Assembly: GCA_027365835.1 (NCBI GenBank)
Contig: DAHXLU010000109.1
Coordinates: forward strand, 1,135-65,134
Origin: Candidatus Dormiibacterota bacterium
GTDB taxonomy: Bacteria > Chloroflexota > Dormibacteria > Aeolococcales > Aeolococcaceae
Direction: 5' to 3'
Length of the DNA: 64,000 nt
The notes beneath the pieces were generated by a model that was not told where the DNA came from, made no database searches, and saw nothing but the letters and a program-made list of their open reading frames with translations. Position numbers and translations under genes: made by a program. Below are positions 46,773 through 56,636 of the stretch, piece after piece. Position 1 is the first letter of the stretch, and each line of letters starts with the position of its first letter.

Positions 46773-47435
46773 ATGAGTGTATTTTCTACTACGACCCCCA
46801 CCACTGCGTTCCCTTCCCGATTTGCGACACACGATGAGATGCCGCTGGAGGATGTAGCCGCCAGGCTCGGCCTTCCAGTAGAGATGCTCCTGCGCCGTGT
46901 GGAGGCGGGAGATCTGCCTGCCCGACGGGTGGTAGACATCACTGGTAGCCATTATTTCCTCCGTCCAGAGTATCTTGGCACGGTAGCGGAGGCTTTCCCG
47001 GCAGACCCTCCCGTAGCTGAGCTGAAGGGCGTATCGGAGGCTTCAGCCGCTTCTATCCTTGAGCAGGACGAGATTGAGATGAGTGAGCGCGAGACCCAGG
47101 TTGGTCTGGCAGAGCTGCTCCTTGGCTCCAGTGGCCGCCCGCAGCAGGTCGATCCGAGGGAGTTGATTGCTAGCCTTCTGGATCGCTGGGAGCGCACGCT
47201 GGAGCAGCGTATCTACATCGAACAGCGTCAGCGGTTTGAGCGGGAGCTGAACGACCGCCATGCAGAGTTGCGCCTCCTTGAGCGGGAGCTGCAGATGACC
47301 AGGGCCCAGCACGCTGCCGCAGAGGCGGACAAGGACCGGATTATCGCTGAGCGTGAACATGCGCTGGCAGAGAGGGAGCACGAGCTGAGTGTGCTGCGTG
47401 CATCTAGGAAGGGCTGGAGGCTCTTCCGGCACTAG
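46773..47435 (+). CDS. helix-turn-helix (excisionase/MerR-like) protein with C-terminal coiled coil
   Basis: LEDVAARLGLPVEMLLRRVEAGDLPARRV resembles an HTH_17-type motif. The C-terminal half is heptad-rich (RELNDRHAELRLLERELQMTRAQHAAAEADKDRIIAEREHALAEREHEL). Start uncertain. Confidence 0.55.
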   Translation: MSVFSTTTPTTAFPSRFATHDEMPLEDVAARLGLPVEMLLRRVEAGDLPARRVVDITGSHYFLRPEYLGTVAEAFPADPPVAELKGVSEASAASILEQDEIEMSERETQVGLAELLLGSSGRPQQVDPRELIASLLDRWERTLEQRIYIEQRQRFERELNDRHAELRLLERELQMTRAQHAAAEADKDRIIAEREHALAEREHELSVLRASRKGWRLFRH

Positions 47436-47452
47436 GAACTGGGCACTCGCGC

Positions 47453-49288
47453 ATGGCAGATGATGCCGTCGCGGCGGTCAAGGCGCGTCTGGACATTGTC
47501 GATGTTCTGTCGGGCTATGTCCGCCTTACCCGCAGTGGTAGAGAGTACAAGGCGCTCTGTCCGTTCCATAGTGAGAGCACCCCGTCCCTGACAGTTTCCC
47601 AGGAGCGTCAGGTCTGGTACTGCTTTGGTTGCCAGGAAGGGGGGGATATGTTCCGCTTTGTGGAACGGATTGAGCAGATAGGCTTTGGCCAGGCGCTGGA
47701 GCTGCTGGCTGAGCGCGCTGGTGTTGAGATCGAGCGTACGCCAGGGACCAGAAAGGGAGAAAAGACCAGGCTGCGGGAGCTGTGTGGGCGCGCCTCTGCC
47801 TACTTTGAGCACGTCCTGTGGTCAACCTCCGCTGGGCAGCGCGGGCGGGAGCTGCTGGAGGAGCGGGAAGTGCCAGCCGAGCTTGCGCACAGCTTTGGGC
47901 TCGGCTTTGCTCCAGCGGGGGGAGCTGGCCATGATGCCCTCTCCCGCTACCTGCTGGAGAAGGCGAGAGCCGTCCCATCTGATGTGATTGCGTCAGGGCT
48001 GGCGTACGGGAGGGGGAGCCACCTTGCCGACCGGTTTGTCGACCGGCTTATCTTTCCAGTCCGGAACGAGCGTGGAGACGTTATAGCCTTTGCGGGGAGG
48101 GCGCTTGGTGCAGCAGTTCCAAAGTACCTGAACTCTCCTGAAACACCGCTCTATCACAAAAGCTTTGTGCTGTTTGGGCTGGATATGGCACGAAAGGCTA
48201 TCGCAGAATCCAGGTCTGCAGTAATTGTCGAGGGCTACTTTGATGTGCTGGCATGTCATGCGGCAGGGATTGTCAATGCTGTGGCGTGCAGCGGAACAGC
48301 AGTGACCAGCGAGCATCTTGCCTCATTGCGGCGGATTGCTGATTCAGTGACACTGCTCCTCGACAGCGACAGCGCGGGCCGCGCTGCAGCCTCCCGGGTT
48401 GTACTGCAGCTGGCGTCCCAGGAGGTTCCGATGCGGATTGCCCAGCTGCCAGATGGGTTTAAGGATCCGGATGAGTTGCGCAGGGCCGATCCTGCCAGGC
48501 TGGCGGCTGTCGTAGCCGGGGCCCGGCCAGAGTGGGAGGTGCTGCTGGAGTGGGAGATTGGTCAGGTTGGTGCCGATGTACAGGCAAGGAGAGAGGCAGG
48601 ACAGAAGGCAGCAAAACTGCTGGCACGCATTCCATCTGGCACTACCAGGGAGCTGTATGTCCAGCAGGCTGCAGCGCTGCTGCACGTAGGTGAGGCATCA
48701 CTCCTTGCTGACATAGGTCGACAGCAGGGAAAGTTGCGGGCGGAGCACACCTCGGTGGTGCGGGTAGCGCCACCGACCCCTGTTGCGGAGAAAGCAGCAC
48801 GTGCAGGTTTGGAAATTGAAAAGTATGTCAATCCTTTAACTCCATGGGAACGCAATATTGGCGCAGCTGTGGCCCAGCGTCCAGCGCTGGCAAGGGTGGT
48901 GGTGGAGGACTGCCAGTTGCCCCCATCGGAGGTCACGCATCCGGCACTTCGGCATCTTGTCGAGAGCGCCCTGGAGCAGAGCAGCCAGGGGGGATCTGGC
49001 CAGCTGGACCTGCAGCAGCTGCAGGAGGAGATTCGCCCACTCGCGGCGGAATTGATGCTCGTGCGCATGCCTATTCTGGAGCTGGACGAGGCTGGGATCA
49101 GGGGCGCGCTGGAGGGAGCTGTGCGCCTTATGCGTGAAGCTCAGGTACAATCCACCCTGCAGACACTGCAACTGCAGCTCTCGGAGGCGCGCCAGATGGG
49201 ACGCAGCGAGGAGGTGGATGCTCTGCTGCTGGAGATCAACCGGCTGGGCTTACAGGCACCGAGATTGCGCAGGATCCGCAAGGGGTGA
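47453..49288 (+). CDS. dnaG: DNA primase
   Basis: Zinc finger CPFHSESTPSLTVSQERQVWYCFGCQEGGDMFRF. TOPRIM region (IVEGYFDVL...LLLDSDSAG). Confidence 0.9.
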   Translation: MADDAVAAVKARLDIVDVLSGYVRLTRSGREYKALCPFHSESTPSLTVSQERQVWYCFGCQEGGDMFRFVERIEQIGFGQALELLAERAGVEIERTPGTRKGEKTRLRELCGRASAYFEHVLWSTSAGQRGRELLEEREVPAELAHSFGLGFAPAGGAGHDALSRYLLEKARAVPSDVIASGLAYGRGSHLADRFVDRLIFPVRNERGDVIAFAGRALGAAVPKYLNSPETPLYHKSFVLFGLDMARKAIAESRSAVIVEGYFDVLACHAAGIVNAVACSGTAVTSEHLASLRRIADSVTLLLDSDSAGRAAASRVVLQLASQEVPMRIAQLPDGFKDPDELRRADPARLAAVVAGARPEWEVLLEWEIGQVGADVQARREAGQKAAKLLARIPSGTTRELYVQQAAALLHVGEASLLADIGRQQGKLRAEHTSVVRVAPPTPVAEKAARAGLEIEKYVNPLTPWERNIGAAVAQRPALARVVVEDCQLPPSEVTHPALRHLVESALEQSSQGGSGQLDLQQLQEEIRPLAAELMLVRMPILELDEAGIRGALEGAVRLMREAQVQSTLQTLQLQLSEARQMGRSEEVDALLLEINRLGLQAPRLRRIRKG

Positions 49289-49525
49289 GGTAGGCGCTCT
49301 GGTTGGGATCAGGTTATGGGTCGGGGTGTGGTCCACCGGGGGCACCCAGACAGGCGGGTTGTGGTGGCGGCGAGTCCGGCACAGCAGACCAGGGGAAGGC
49401 AAGCAGAAGGCATCATGGGTAAATACCATGGGAGGGGGTTGGTGACACTTTGATGAAGGGGCATCTTGACAGGAACGCGATTTTGGTTCCGGACAGTCCA
49501 GGACCAGTAGAAGCAAGGAGTATGG

Positions 49526-50641
49526 ATGGCAACAGCTAGAGCCAGGATGCCAGCGGTGGCACCATCTGCGGGCGATCATCTCGTCACCGCAGCAGAAGCA
49601 CTGATCGTACAGGGTAAGGAGCATGGCTTTCTTACGCCCGATGATGTGCTGCAGGCATTTCCAGACATTGATGCAGAGCCAGACACTCTTGAGCGTATCT
49701 TCGACGCTTTTCGCGAGATAGGGATCGAGATAACCGATGGGGACAAGGACTTTGAGGCCGTCGATGAGATTGACGATGACCTGATTGCCACTGCAGAGGC
49801 TATGGATTCGGTGTCGCTGGACGATCCTGTCCGGATGTACCTGAAGGAGATCGGCCGGGTGGCGCTACTTCGGGCCGAGCAGGAGGTGGAGTATGCCCAG
49901 CTGATTGAGCAGGGCGACGAAGAGGCAAAGAACAAGCTGACCGAGGCGAACCTGCGCCTTGTGGTCTCCATCGCAAAGAAATATATCGGGCGTGGCATGT
50001 CCTTCCTGGACCTGATCCAGGAGGGGAACATGGGTCTGATCCGCGCAGTGGAGAAGTTCGATTACCACAAGGGTTACAAGTTCTCGACCTATGCCACCTG
50101 GTGGATACGGCAGGCGATAACCAGGGCAATTGCTGACCAGGCCAGAACCATCCGGATTCCAGTGCACATGGTGGAGACGATCAACAAGCTGGTTCGGGTC
50201 TCCCGCCGCCTGTTGCAGGAGCTCGGACGTGAGCCTATTGATGAAGAGATCGCAGAAGAGATGGGAGTCGTTCCGGAGAAGGTGCGCGAAATCCTCAAGG
50301 TTTCCCAGGATCCTGTGTCGCTTGAGACCCCCATTGGGGAAGAGGAAGATTCCCATCTCGGGGACTTTGTTGAGGACAAGGAGGCAACAGCCCCTTCAGA
50401 TGCCGCATCACTTACCATGCTCCGTTCGGAAGTGGAAGATATCCTTGACACCCTCACTCCGCGGGAGCGCCGTGTTCTCCAGCTGCGCTTTGGCCTTATC
50501 GATGGACATCAAAGGACACTGGAGGAGGTTGGCAAGCGGTTTGGTGTAACCCGCGAAAGGATCCGGCAGATTGAGGCCAAGGCCCTCCGCAAGCTGCGCC
50601 ATCCTTCAAGAAGCAAGAAACTAAAGGATTATCTCGAGTAA
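49526..50641 (+). CDS. rpoD: RNA polymerase primary sigma factor
   Basis: AAGGAG 5 nt upstream. Region 2 ([24 protein letters not shown]), region 3, and region 4 ([32 protein letters not shown]). Confidence 0.95.
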   Translation: MATARARMPAVAPSAGDHLVTAAEALIVQGKEHGFLTPDDVLQAFPDIDAEPDTLERIFDAFREIGIEITDGDKDFEAVDEIDDDLIATAEAMDSVSLDDPVRMYLKEIGRVALLRAEQEVEYAQLIEQGDEEAKNKLTEANLRLVVSIAKKYIGRGMSFLDLIQEGNMGLIRAVEKFDYHKGYKFSTYATWWIRQAITRAIADQARTIRIPVHMVETINKLVRVSRRLLQELGREPIDEEIAEEMGVVPEKVREILKVSQDPVSLETPIGEEEDSHLGDFVEDKEATAPSDAASLTMLRSEVEDILDTLTPRERRVLQLRFGLIDGHQRTLEEVGKRFGVTRERIRQIEAKALRKLRHPSRSKKLKDYLE

Positions 50642-50741
50642 TCATCCCTCGGGAAGAGTTTTGGAACCAGAGCAAAACTGGTGCAGGTGCCATGTGCGCT
50701 GGTTTGCGCCTGTGAACCCGTGGCTAACTGTAGAGACTTGG

Positions 50742-52082
50742 CTAACTGGAGAGGCTTGAGCGGGCGTAATGCGCGAAGGGGATATTCCAGTCTGCTTCAT
50801 CATTTGTGAAATCAGCAGGATTGGGTGTGTTCTGGATGACAACCAGATCGCCCGTTTGGGCAAAGTTGTAGAACAGGACGGAATCTGCTGGGTTCATCTC
50901 GACACACCCGTGGCTGACATTGGCGACACCGTGGTCGGGCACGTCCCAGTAGGCATCATGAATATAGAATCCGTTTGACGAGATGGCCACATCGTTGTAG
51001 ACGTAGCTGTCATAGTAATTTATGGTACCCGGGATGCAGGCTGCACCACCAAATGTGGAGCATGACACCATGAGAACTGATGGCTCCTTGCCCCAGACAA
51101 AGAGGTTGCCTGAGAGGGTGGGAAAGCCTGGTTTGCCCAGGCTTACCGGGAAGTTCCACAACAGCTTTCCCCCGCTGTAGACGAGCATACGGTGGGTAAG
51201 TGCGTTGATTACAGTCCTGTGGGCTGCCCCGATGGTGAAGCTTTCGTTCCATCCAGCAAATCCCATTACCCCTCCCCCAAAACTGAGTCCCTGGAAATTG
51301 GCTGTCAGTGAAACAGCTGTCCCTGGAGTCCAGTAGGTTTCCGGGCGCCAGTGAAGTTCGGTGGGAGACATCCAGCGCCATGCGCCAGTTACAGGTGGGT
51401 TGGTGGTCACCGTCAGGTGGTCAATGACTGCAGGCTGATGTGCAGTTGTGACAGGGGAGTCGAACTGGAGCACGATGGGCATGGCAATGCCAACAGTCTC
51501 TCCGTCAGTGGGCAGCGGATTGGTGATCATCTGGGTAAAGCAGCCTGCGGTGGTAAAGGCAAGAGTGTGGGTATATGGGCTCCCATGGTTTTGGCCAGAA
51601 ACCGTGACCCGATAATTGGCGTTGGGTGCCAGTCCGGTGGCAGCAGTCCATGATTCTGCACCTGGTCCGATGGCTCCAGAAAGTGGGGTTGACGGATCAA
51701 ACGGTTCGTTGCTGTTGGCCTGGGTGGTGGTGCTCGTCACCGAAGTTATGTCACCAGACGAGATGTGTATCGCAAGCACGGCTGAGGGATTAACCAGAGG
51801 GACGACTCCGTGCAGCGGGTCACTTTGCGCCTGTGAGCAGGCAGCAGCCTGTGAGGCCAGATTGTCTGTGATGGCGGGAGCCGCTGTCGGAGTTGGGGCA
51901 GCACTGGGTGGCGCTGCAGGCGCCGAAAGCTGCTGTTGGGCAGTGCCGATACCACAAGCGGACAGGGTAAGTGCGCATCCCAGGATCAGCAGTGTGGTAG
52001 CCGGTGTCCGTACCGAGCTCCTGGATTTTACGAGCCGGACGGCCCGCAGGCATCCAGGATACAGAGAGAAGGGCTGATTCAC
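50742..52082 (-). CDS. L,D-transpeptidase lipoprotein (YkuD domain)
   Basis: Lipobox LTLSAC. Ig-like middle region. YkuD catalytic motif SHGCVEMNPADSVLFYNF. Confidence 0.85.
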   Translation of the reverse strand: MNQPFSLYPGCLRAVRLVKSRSSVRTPATTLLILGCALTLSACGIGTAQQQLSAPAAPPSAAPTPTAAPAITDNLASQAAACSQAQSDPLHGVVPLVNPSAVLAIHISSGDITSVTSTTTQANSNEPFDPSTPLSGAIGPGAESWTAATGLAPNANYRVTVSGQNHGSPYTHTLAFTTAGCFTQMITNPLPTDGETVGIAMPIVLQFDSPVTTAHQPAVIDHLTVTTNPPVTGAWRWMSPTELHWRPETYWTPGTAVSLTANFQGLSFGGGVMGFAGWNESFTIGAAHRTVINALTHRMLVYSGGKLLWNFPVSLGKPGFPTLSGNLFVWGKEPSVLMVSCSTFGGAACIPGTINYYDSYVYNDVAISSNGFYIHDAYWDVPDHGVANVSHGCVEMNPADSVLFYNFAQTGDLVVIQNTPNPADFTNDEADWNIPFAHYARSSLSS

Positions 52083-52402
52083 ATTGCAATTTTAGCAGGC
52101 CCGGTAAGGCTTTACCGCAAGTCCCAAGCTGAAACCATGAGGTACTGGCAGCTATCAGCCCCCCATTGCTGTGGGCTTGCGAACCGCAAAGCTGGCTTTC
52201 GTGAGCATAAGAGCCACCTTTGAGCAGGGTCCACCCCACGAGCCTTCCCCATGGGTTCATTGTAGCCAGGGTATAATTTCCGTTCAAGGAGAGCCGTAAA
52301 GGTAGGGAGAGCTTTTGTTTGTCCTCTTGTTCCTCATCATGTGGATCATTGCGATTGGTGCAGTGGTGGTTCGGACGGTGCATTCAAGAAGGCACCCGGT
52401 TA

Positions 52403-52503
52403 GTGCGGAAAGCTCTCCCTGCCACTTTACGTTCATGAACCGGAGCAACGCTACCACCACCAGCCACGTGCGGGAAGCTCTCCTTTGCCACTTTACGTTC
52501 ATG
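52403..52503 (+). repeat. 35/36-bp direct repeat, two copies 65 bp apart
   Basis: GTGCGGAAAGCTCTCCCTGCCACTTTACGTTCATG (52403-52437) and GTGCGGGAAGCTCTCCTTTGCCACTTTACGTTCATG (52468-52503). Confidence 0.85.
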
Positions 52504-52772
52504 TGATCGTCTGGTCTCTCAGCATCCTTATCCTCGCAATTGGTGGCTGGGGGGTTTTTATGGGTGCGATCCTCGGCGGGTTTGGCGGATCTGTGCTTTT
52601 GGTGATTTTGTTTCAGGGCGCTGGAGTCCTGACGGCGGTAGCGTTGCCCTTCGCTGTTGGCTTGGGCCTAAAGAGAAGGGATTACCTCATTGCCGGAGTT
52701 TCCCTCCTGGGAATAGGATTCGTCTTTGCGCTCGTGATGGACTTGATCGTGTCCTCTGGGCGGCTCGGCTGA
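52485..52772 (+). CDS. hypothetical small membrane protein (3 TM helices)
   Basis: 95-aa ORF (TTG 52485, or GTG 52503 right after repeat copy 2). Gly/Leu/Val-rich helices. No family recognised. Confidence 0.45.
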   Translation: MPLYVHVIVWSLSILILAIGGWGVFMGAILGGFGGSVLLVILFQGAGVLTAVALPFAVGLGLKRRDYLIAGVSLLGIGFVFALVMDLIVSSGRLG

Positions 52773-53244
52773 ACCAGTATTGCATGTCCAGTAACGCCCA
52801 TCGGTCTATTGAGCCAGGCGTGCTGGCGGTGCGGTTCTGGCTTTGGGCGGTGAGCAACCTGGGCGCTGCCAGCCAAGAGCCAGATCGTGGTTCCAAGGGG
52901 AGTTGACCTGTGCTCTTTTCAGCATGGCTATCGCCAAAAAAGTGATGGTTATGGATCGTTCAGGGAAGTCAGTGTGCGGCTTTATCCGAACTCGGAGGCG
53001 CCCCCAGAACCAGAACAGGTGGAAGGGAACTCCTGGTGGTGTAGCTCTGGAGATTCCTGCCCATAGCAGAAAAATGGAGATGTGATCTGCGGGGGCCTCA
53101 CGGGTCATCGCTAGCTTGATCCGATCAGTGGGATGGGTCTGGGCTTTTCCACAATGGGCCTTCGCGTCCGGGCATCGACATGTGTTGTATGGGGCGAGGT
53201 TCTATCGTGCACGGGGGAGGCTACGTTCATGTCAGAATGTGGAG

Positions 53245-55302
53245 ATGTTGCACCGTCTGGGTCGACCAGCTTCTTTAAGTGACACCTCGCATACCCCGTC
53301 AGGGGCGACCAGAGCCAGACAACCACGTCGTGGACTTTTCCAGATTGCCGTCCGGAGTGTCGTTGCGCTGCTTGTCCCGCTCACGGTGCCGCTTACGACT
53401 TTCATGCTATTTGTGGGCACTGCGAGCTCGGTCAGCGCCGCCGTACCGACGATCTCCTGCACGAGTGATCCGAATCTCTTTAATACTGGCTATGACGCGC
53501 TTACCGGCGGCGTCCTCCCCAACAACGCGCTAGACGCCAACTGGACAGTCGGAGGTCCTACGAACTCAGGCACGACCACAACGCCACCGACCTTAACGTC
53601 CATGCCGCCCAGCGGAATGATCTTTAGCCCCGCCAATGTAGGTCCTATCGCAGGCAGCGCCTACTCATCCAGTCCCTATGGCAATGCACAGTGGATCTCG
53701 CAGCAGACGATGGCCAGCCCGACGAGCCTTGAGGGAGACTGGTACTACGAGTATCAGTTCGACCTGTCCTCGAGTGTTGCGGTGTCCACATTCAAGCTGA
53801 ACATGAACTACATGGCGGACAATGAAGTTGCCACGGTTTTTGTCAACGGCGTGGACCAGAGCACTTTTACCGGGTCCAATCTCCCTCAGGATCCAACTCC
53901 CAGTACCACCAGTCCTTACTACTACCAGGGTTACCTGTATGCGAATGCAGCCCAGACAGTGCTCAGCCACAGCTGGGTGACTGGGCTCAACACCATCATT
54001 GTTCAGGTTAAGAGCGGGCCTCCAGAGGAGGCATTCGATGCACAGTGGAGGCCCAGTGCCGTCTGTCCAGTGTCGCTCGCAGTGACGTCCACCGCGTCAC
54101 CCAATCCATATGTGGCGGGACAAACCCTCACATATACCGACACTGTGACCAACTCGGGCCCAGGCAACGCATATGGGGTGGCAGTCTCGGATCCTTTGCC
54201 TGCGGCCCTGGCTTCAGCGGGATTTACCTGGACCTGCACTGCGACTAGCGGGAGTAGCTGCACCTCTTCGGGCGCAGGGAGTGTGAACGAGCCCTCTGCC
54301 CTAGTAGCTGCCTCAGGTACACTCACCTACACGATCACAGGGACAGTTCCAGCGGGGACATCTGGGACGCTGGACAATACAGTGACCGTGACGCCTGGAG
54401 CGGGCACTACGGATCCGGGCTGCACGCCAAATTGCTCTGCAAGCAATACGGATGCTGTGCAGACACCTGCGCTGACTGAGACGACCAGCTCGACTACGGC
54501 GAGCTATGCGGCGGTGGGCAACAGTATTGCGTACCACTTTGTGGTGGATAACAGTGGCAACGTGACACTCCATGGGATTGTGGTGAACGCCACGATGGCC
54601 TCGCCAGCAACGCAGTCTGCGCTATCGGCGGTCAGCTGTCCAGCTACAACACTGGCTCCAGCAGCCAGCGAGACGTGTACGGCAAGCTACACAGTTACCC
54701 AGGCCGACCTTGACAATGGATCGGTAAAAGTATCTGGGGTGGCATCGGGACTGCCTCCCAGTTCCACTACTGCAGTGAACTCTCCAGCGTCGTCGACAGT
54801 AGTTGCTGCTGTGCAGACACCTGCGCTTGTAGTTGTTACTGCCTCGCCGACCGGTGGATTCTCGGCGGCCGGTAGTACGATTGCGTACCACTTTGTGGTG
54901 GATAACAGTGGCAACGTGACACTTTCGGGGATCAGCCTAAACGTTACAGTCCGTCCGCCCGGGACACAGGCGAACCTGTCCTCAGTTGTCTGCACAGCTG
55001 CCAGCCTGGCACCTGGGGCGCAGGAGACCTGTACCGCTACATACAAGGTGACGCAGGCAGATGTGGTCGCAGGAACCGTGCGCACGTCAGTAACCGGCTC
55101 GGCCATGGCTGCAGGTTCCACGACGGCCGTGGTCACTCTTGCCGCTTCTGTCATGGCGGTTTCAGCGACCGTGCCTGTGCCCCAGACCGGCGCTTCCTTG
55201 TGGACGATCTCGGTGTCTCTCCTGGCAGCGATGGGGCTCATGTTTTGTGGCTTCGGGTTAGTACTTGTCGCCCGGAGACAACTGGCTCGATTAAACAGCT
55301 GA
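53245..55302 (+). CDS. cell-surface protein: N-terminal beta-sandwich-like domain, DUF11/TIGR01451-type repeat domains, LPXTG-like sorting signal
   Basis: ORF 53116..55302; ATG 53245 is a tentative start. Signal/TM segment VRSVVALLVPLTVPLTTFMLFVGTASSVSA. DUF11-like LTYTDTVTNSGPGNAYGVAVSDPLP. Two 118-aa repeats (IAYHFVVDNSGNVTL...CTAxYxVTQAD). C-terminus PVPQTG + hydrophobic helix + RRQLARLNS. Confidence 0.8.
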   Translation: MLHRLGRPASLSDTSHTPSGATRARQPRRGLFQIAVRSVVALLVPLTVPLTTFMLFVGTASSVSAAVPTISCTSDPNLFNTGYDALTGGVLPNNALDANWTVGGPTNSGTTTTPPTLTSMPPSGMIFSPANVGPIAGSAYSSSPYGNAQWISQQTMASPTSLEGDWYYEYQFDLSSSVAVSTFKLNMNYMADNEVATVFVNGVDQSTFTGSNLPQDPTPSTTSPYYYQGYLYANAAQTVLSHSWVTGLNTIIVQVKSGPPEEAFDAQWRPSAVCPVSLAVTSTASPNPYVAGQTLTYTDTVTNSGPGNAYGVAVSDPLPAALASAGFTWTCTATSGSSCTSSGAGSVNEPSALVAASGTLTYTITGTVPAGTSGTLDNTVTVTPGAGTTDPGCTPNCSASNTDAVQTPALTETTSSTTASYAAVGNSIAYHFVVDNSGNVTLHGIVVNATMASPATQSALSAVSCPATTLAPAASETCTASYTVTQADLDNGSVKVSGVASGLPPSSTTAVNSPASSTVVAAVQTPALVVVTASPTGGFSAAGSTIAYHFVVDNSGNVTLSGISLNVTVRPPGTQANLSSVVCTAASLAPGAQETCTATYKVTQADVVAGTVRTSVTGSAMAAGSTTAVVTLAASVMAVSATVPVPQTGASLWTISVSLLAAMGLMFCGFGLVLVARRQLARLNS
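54457..55164 (+). repeat. in-frame tandem duplication, 2 x 354 bp (118 aa)
   Basis: Units start at 54457 and 54811, both GTGCAGACACCTGCGCT. They share a 44-bp identical core (54526-54569 = 54880-54923). Confidence 0.85.
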
Positions 55303-55845
55303 GCTGTCGGGTGCCTGATAATCGGGCCGAGTGGGTTTCTGGTGGGGGAGCAGGGTGTCTCGCGTATATGGTTGTCCCCGCAATTGTTGCAAGCCGGTGA
55401 GGTCATCGCCGTCGTGTTTCCATGGAACCAGAAGGTCCTTTGCGCACTTTCTCGCCCAGGAGCAGTGGAGTGGATGTGAGGGGCGCAGCAGGCGCTGCCG
55501 CGGGTACGCCTTTGGCCGCTAAACGGTAGCAGTCGAGCAACACAGAAGCACGATCCAGACCGCCAACAGCGGGCCGAAAGAGCTTCGGAGACGTGTCGCT
55601 TCGTCTTTACGTCTGTCCCAAGAGATTCACCTAATGCGAGGGTTGGCGGCAAGGGACCAGTTGACGACGACGCAAACCCGAGGCACACTGATGTCTTATC
55701 GCGGACAGGAGCCTTGCTGGACCTGGCAGCAGGGCCCAGGAATCGCGACCATTCTGTGACAGCACGACCACAATAGCTTCATCTTGCTATTTGCACTGGG
55801 TGTTATTCTGATAGCGGCATTGTGGTGTAGCTGTGGAGGGTAACG

Positions 55846-56634
55846 GTGTCCAGGATGCGGCGACAGCGGCTGCGCCTGCGCCATGGTAGGTGTGGCGGCG
55901 TCCTGATCCTGGCGTGCCTGGGAGTTGCCACTGCTCGCGCTGGCACCCTGCTTCCATGCACCGATACCGGGCTTGGTACTGGTGGGTGTATCTCTACCGT
56001 TGCAACGGCATCTCCAGCGCCTTCCGTGCAGCCTGTGACTACGTTACTTCCACAGCCTCTGGGTACAGGCGCTGGCACAGGAGGGGGCCTGCTTCAGCCT
56101 GTTGCATCTCCGATTGCTTCTGCGGTGGCTAGTGTCACCTCTACCGTAAACTCAACCGTGGCAGGCCTGTCGGGGTTGCCCACAAGCCAGCCGAGCCTGC
56201 CAGCCAGTCCTCTGCCGTCGGTCTTACCGACATCAGCACCAGTTAACGCTACGCCAGTCCCGAATCGGGCTACCGCGTCGACCCCAGCTTCCACAACGCA
56301 GACGGCCGCCTCCAGTCACTCCAGCGGGGTGGTAACTGGGAGCGGTGCAGTGATCGCTCCGATTGCATCCAGAACAGGGGTAGCCTCAGGCACTACCACG
56401 GGTCCGCTCACAAGCGCATCCCCTGGAGCGGGCTCGGGGGCGGTTGCAGCGCCTTCCCCTGGCTTGTCCTACGCTCAGCCGATCCTGGCGGGGCTGCCGC
56501 TGGGACCGCTGTCTGGTATTGATCTCTCCCATACGTCCGGACTTGAGCTGCTTGTGTCCGCTCTGGATCTTGCCCTGGCCGTGATGGTAGGCACTGTAGC
56601 CTGGCGGTCACGTCATCGATCCCTGGACGGATAG
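55846..56634 (+). CDS. Pro/Ser/Thr/Ala-rich secreted protein with C-terminal membrane anchor
   Basis: GTG start after GGAGGG. Signal-like MSRMRRQRLRLRHGRCGGVLILACLGVATARA, a low-complexity body and a C-terminal helix LELLVSALDLALAVMVGTVAW + RSRHR. The stop lies 2 nt before the kinase start. Confidence 0.55.
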   Translation: MSRMRRQRLRLRHGRCGGVLILACLGVATARAGTLLPCTDTGLGTGGCISTVATASPAPSVQPVTTLLPQPLGTGAGTGGGLLQPVASPIASAVASVTSTVNSTVAGLSGLPTSQPSLPASPLPSVLPTSAPVNATPVPNRATASTPASTTQTAASSHSSGVVTGSGAVIAPIASRTGVASGTTTGPLTSASPGAGSGAVAAPSPGLSYAQPILAGLPLGPLSGIDLSHTSGLELLVSALDLALAVMVGTVAWRSRHRSLDG

Positions 56635-56636
56635 AC

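Noticed and set aside
54687-55688. 333-aa minus-strand ORF
   Set aside because: It is antisense to the DUF11-type surface-protein gene, whose repeats and sorting signal support the + strand. No motifs are present; this is a high-GC artefact.
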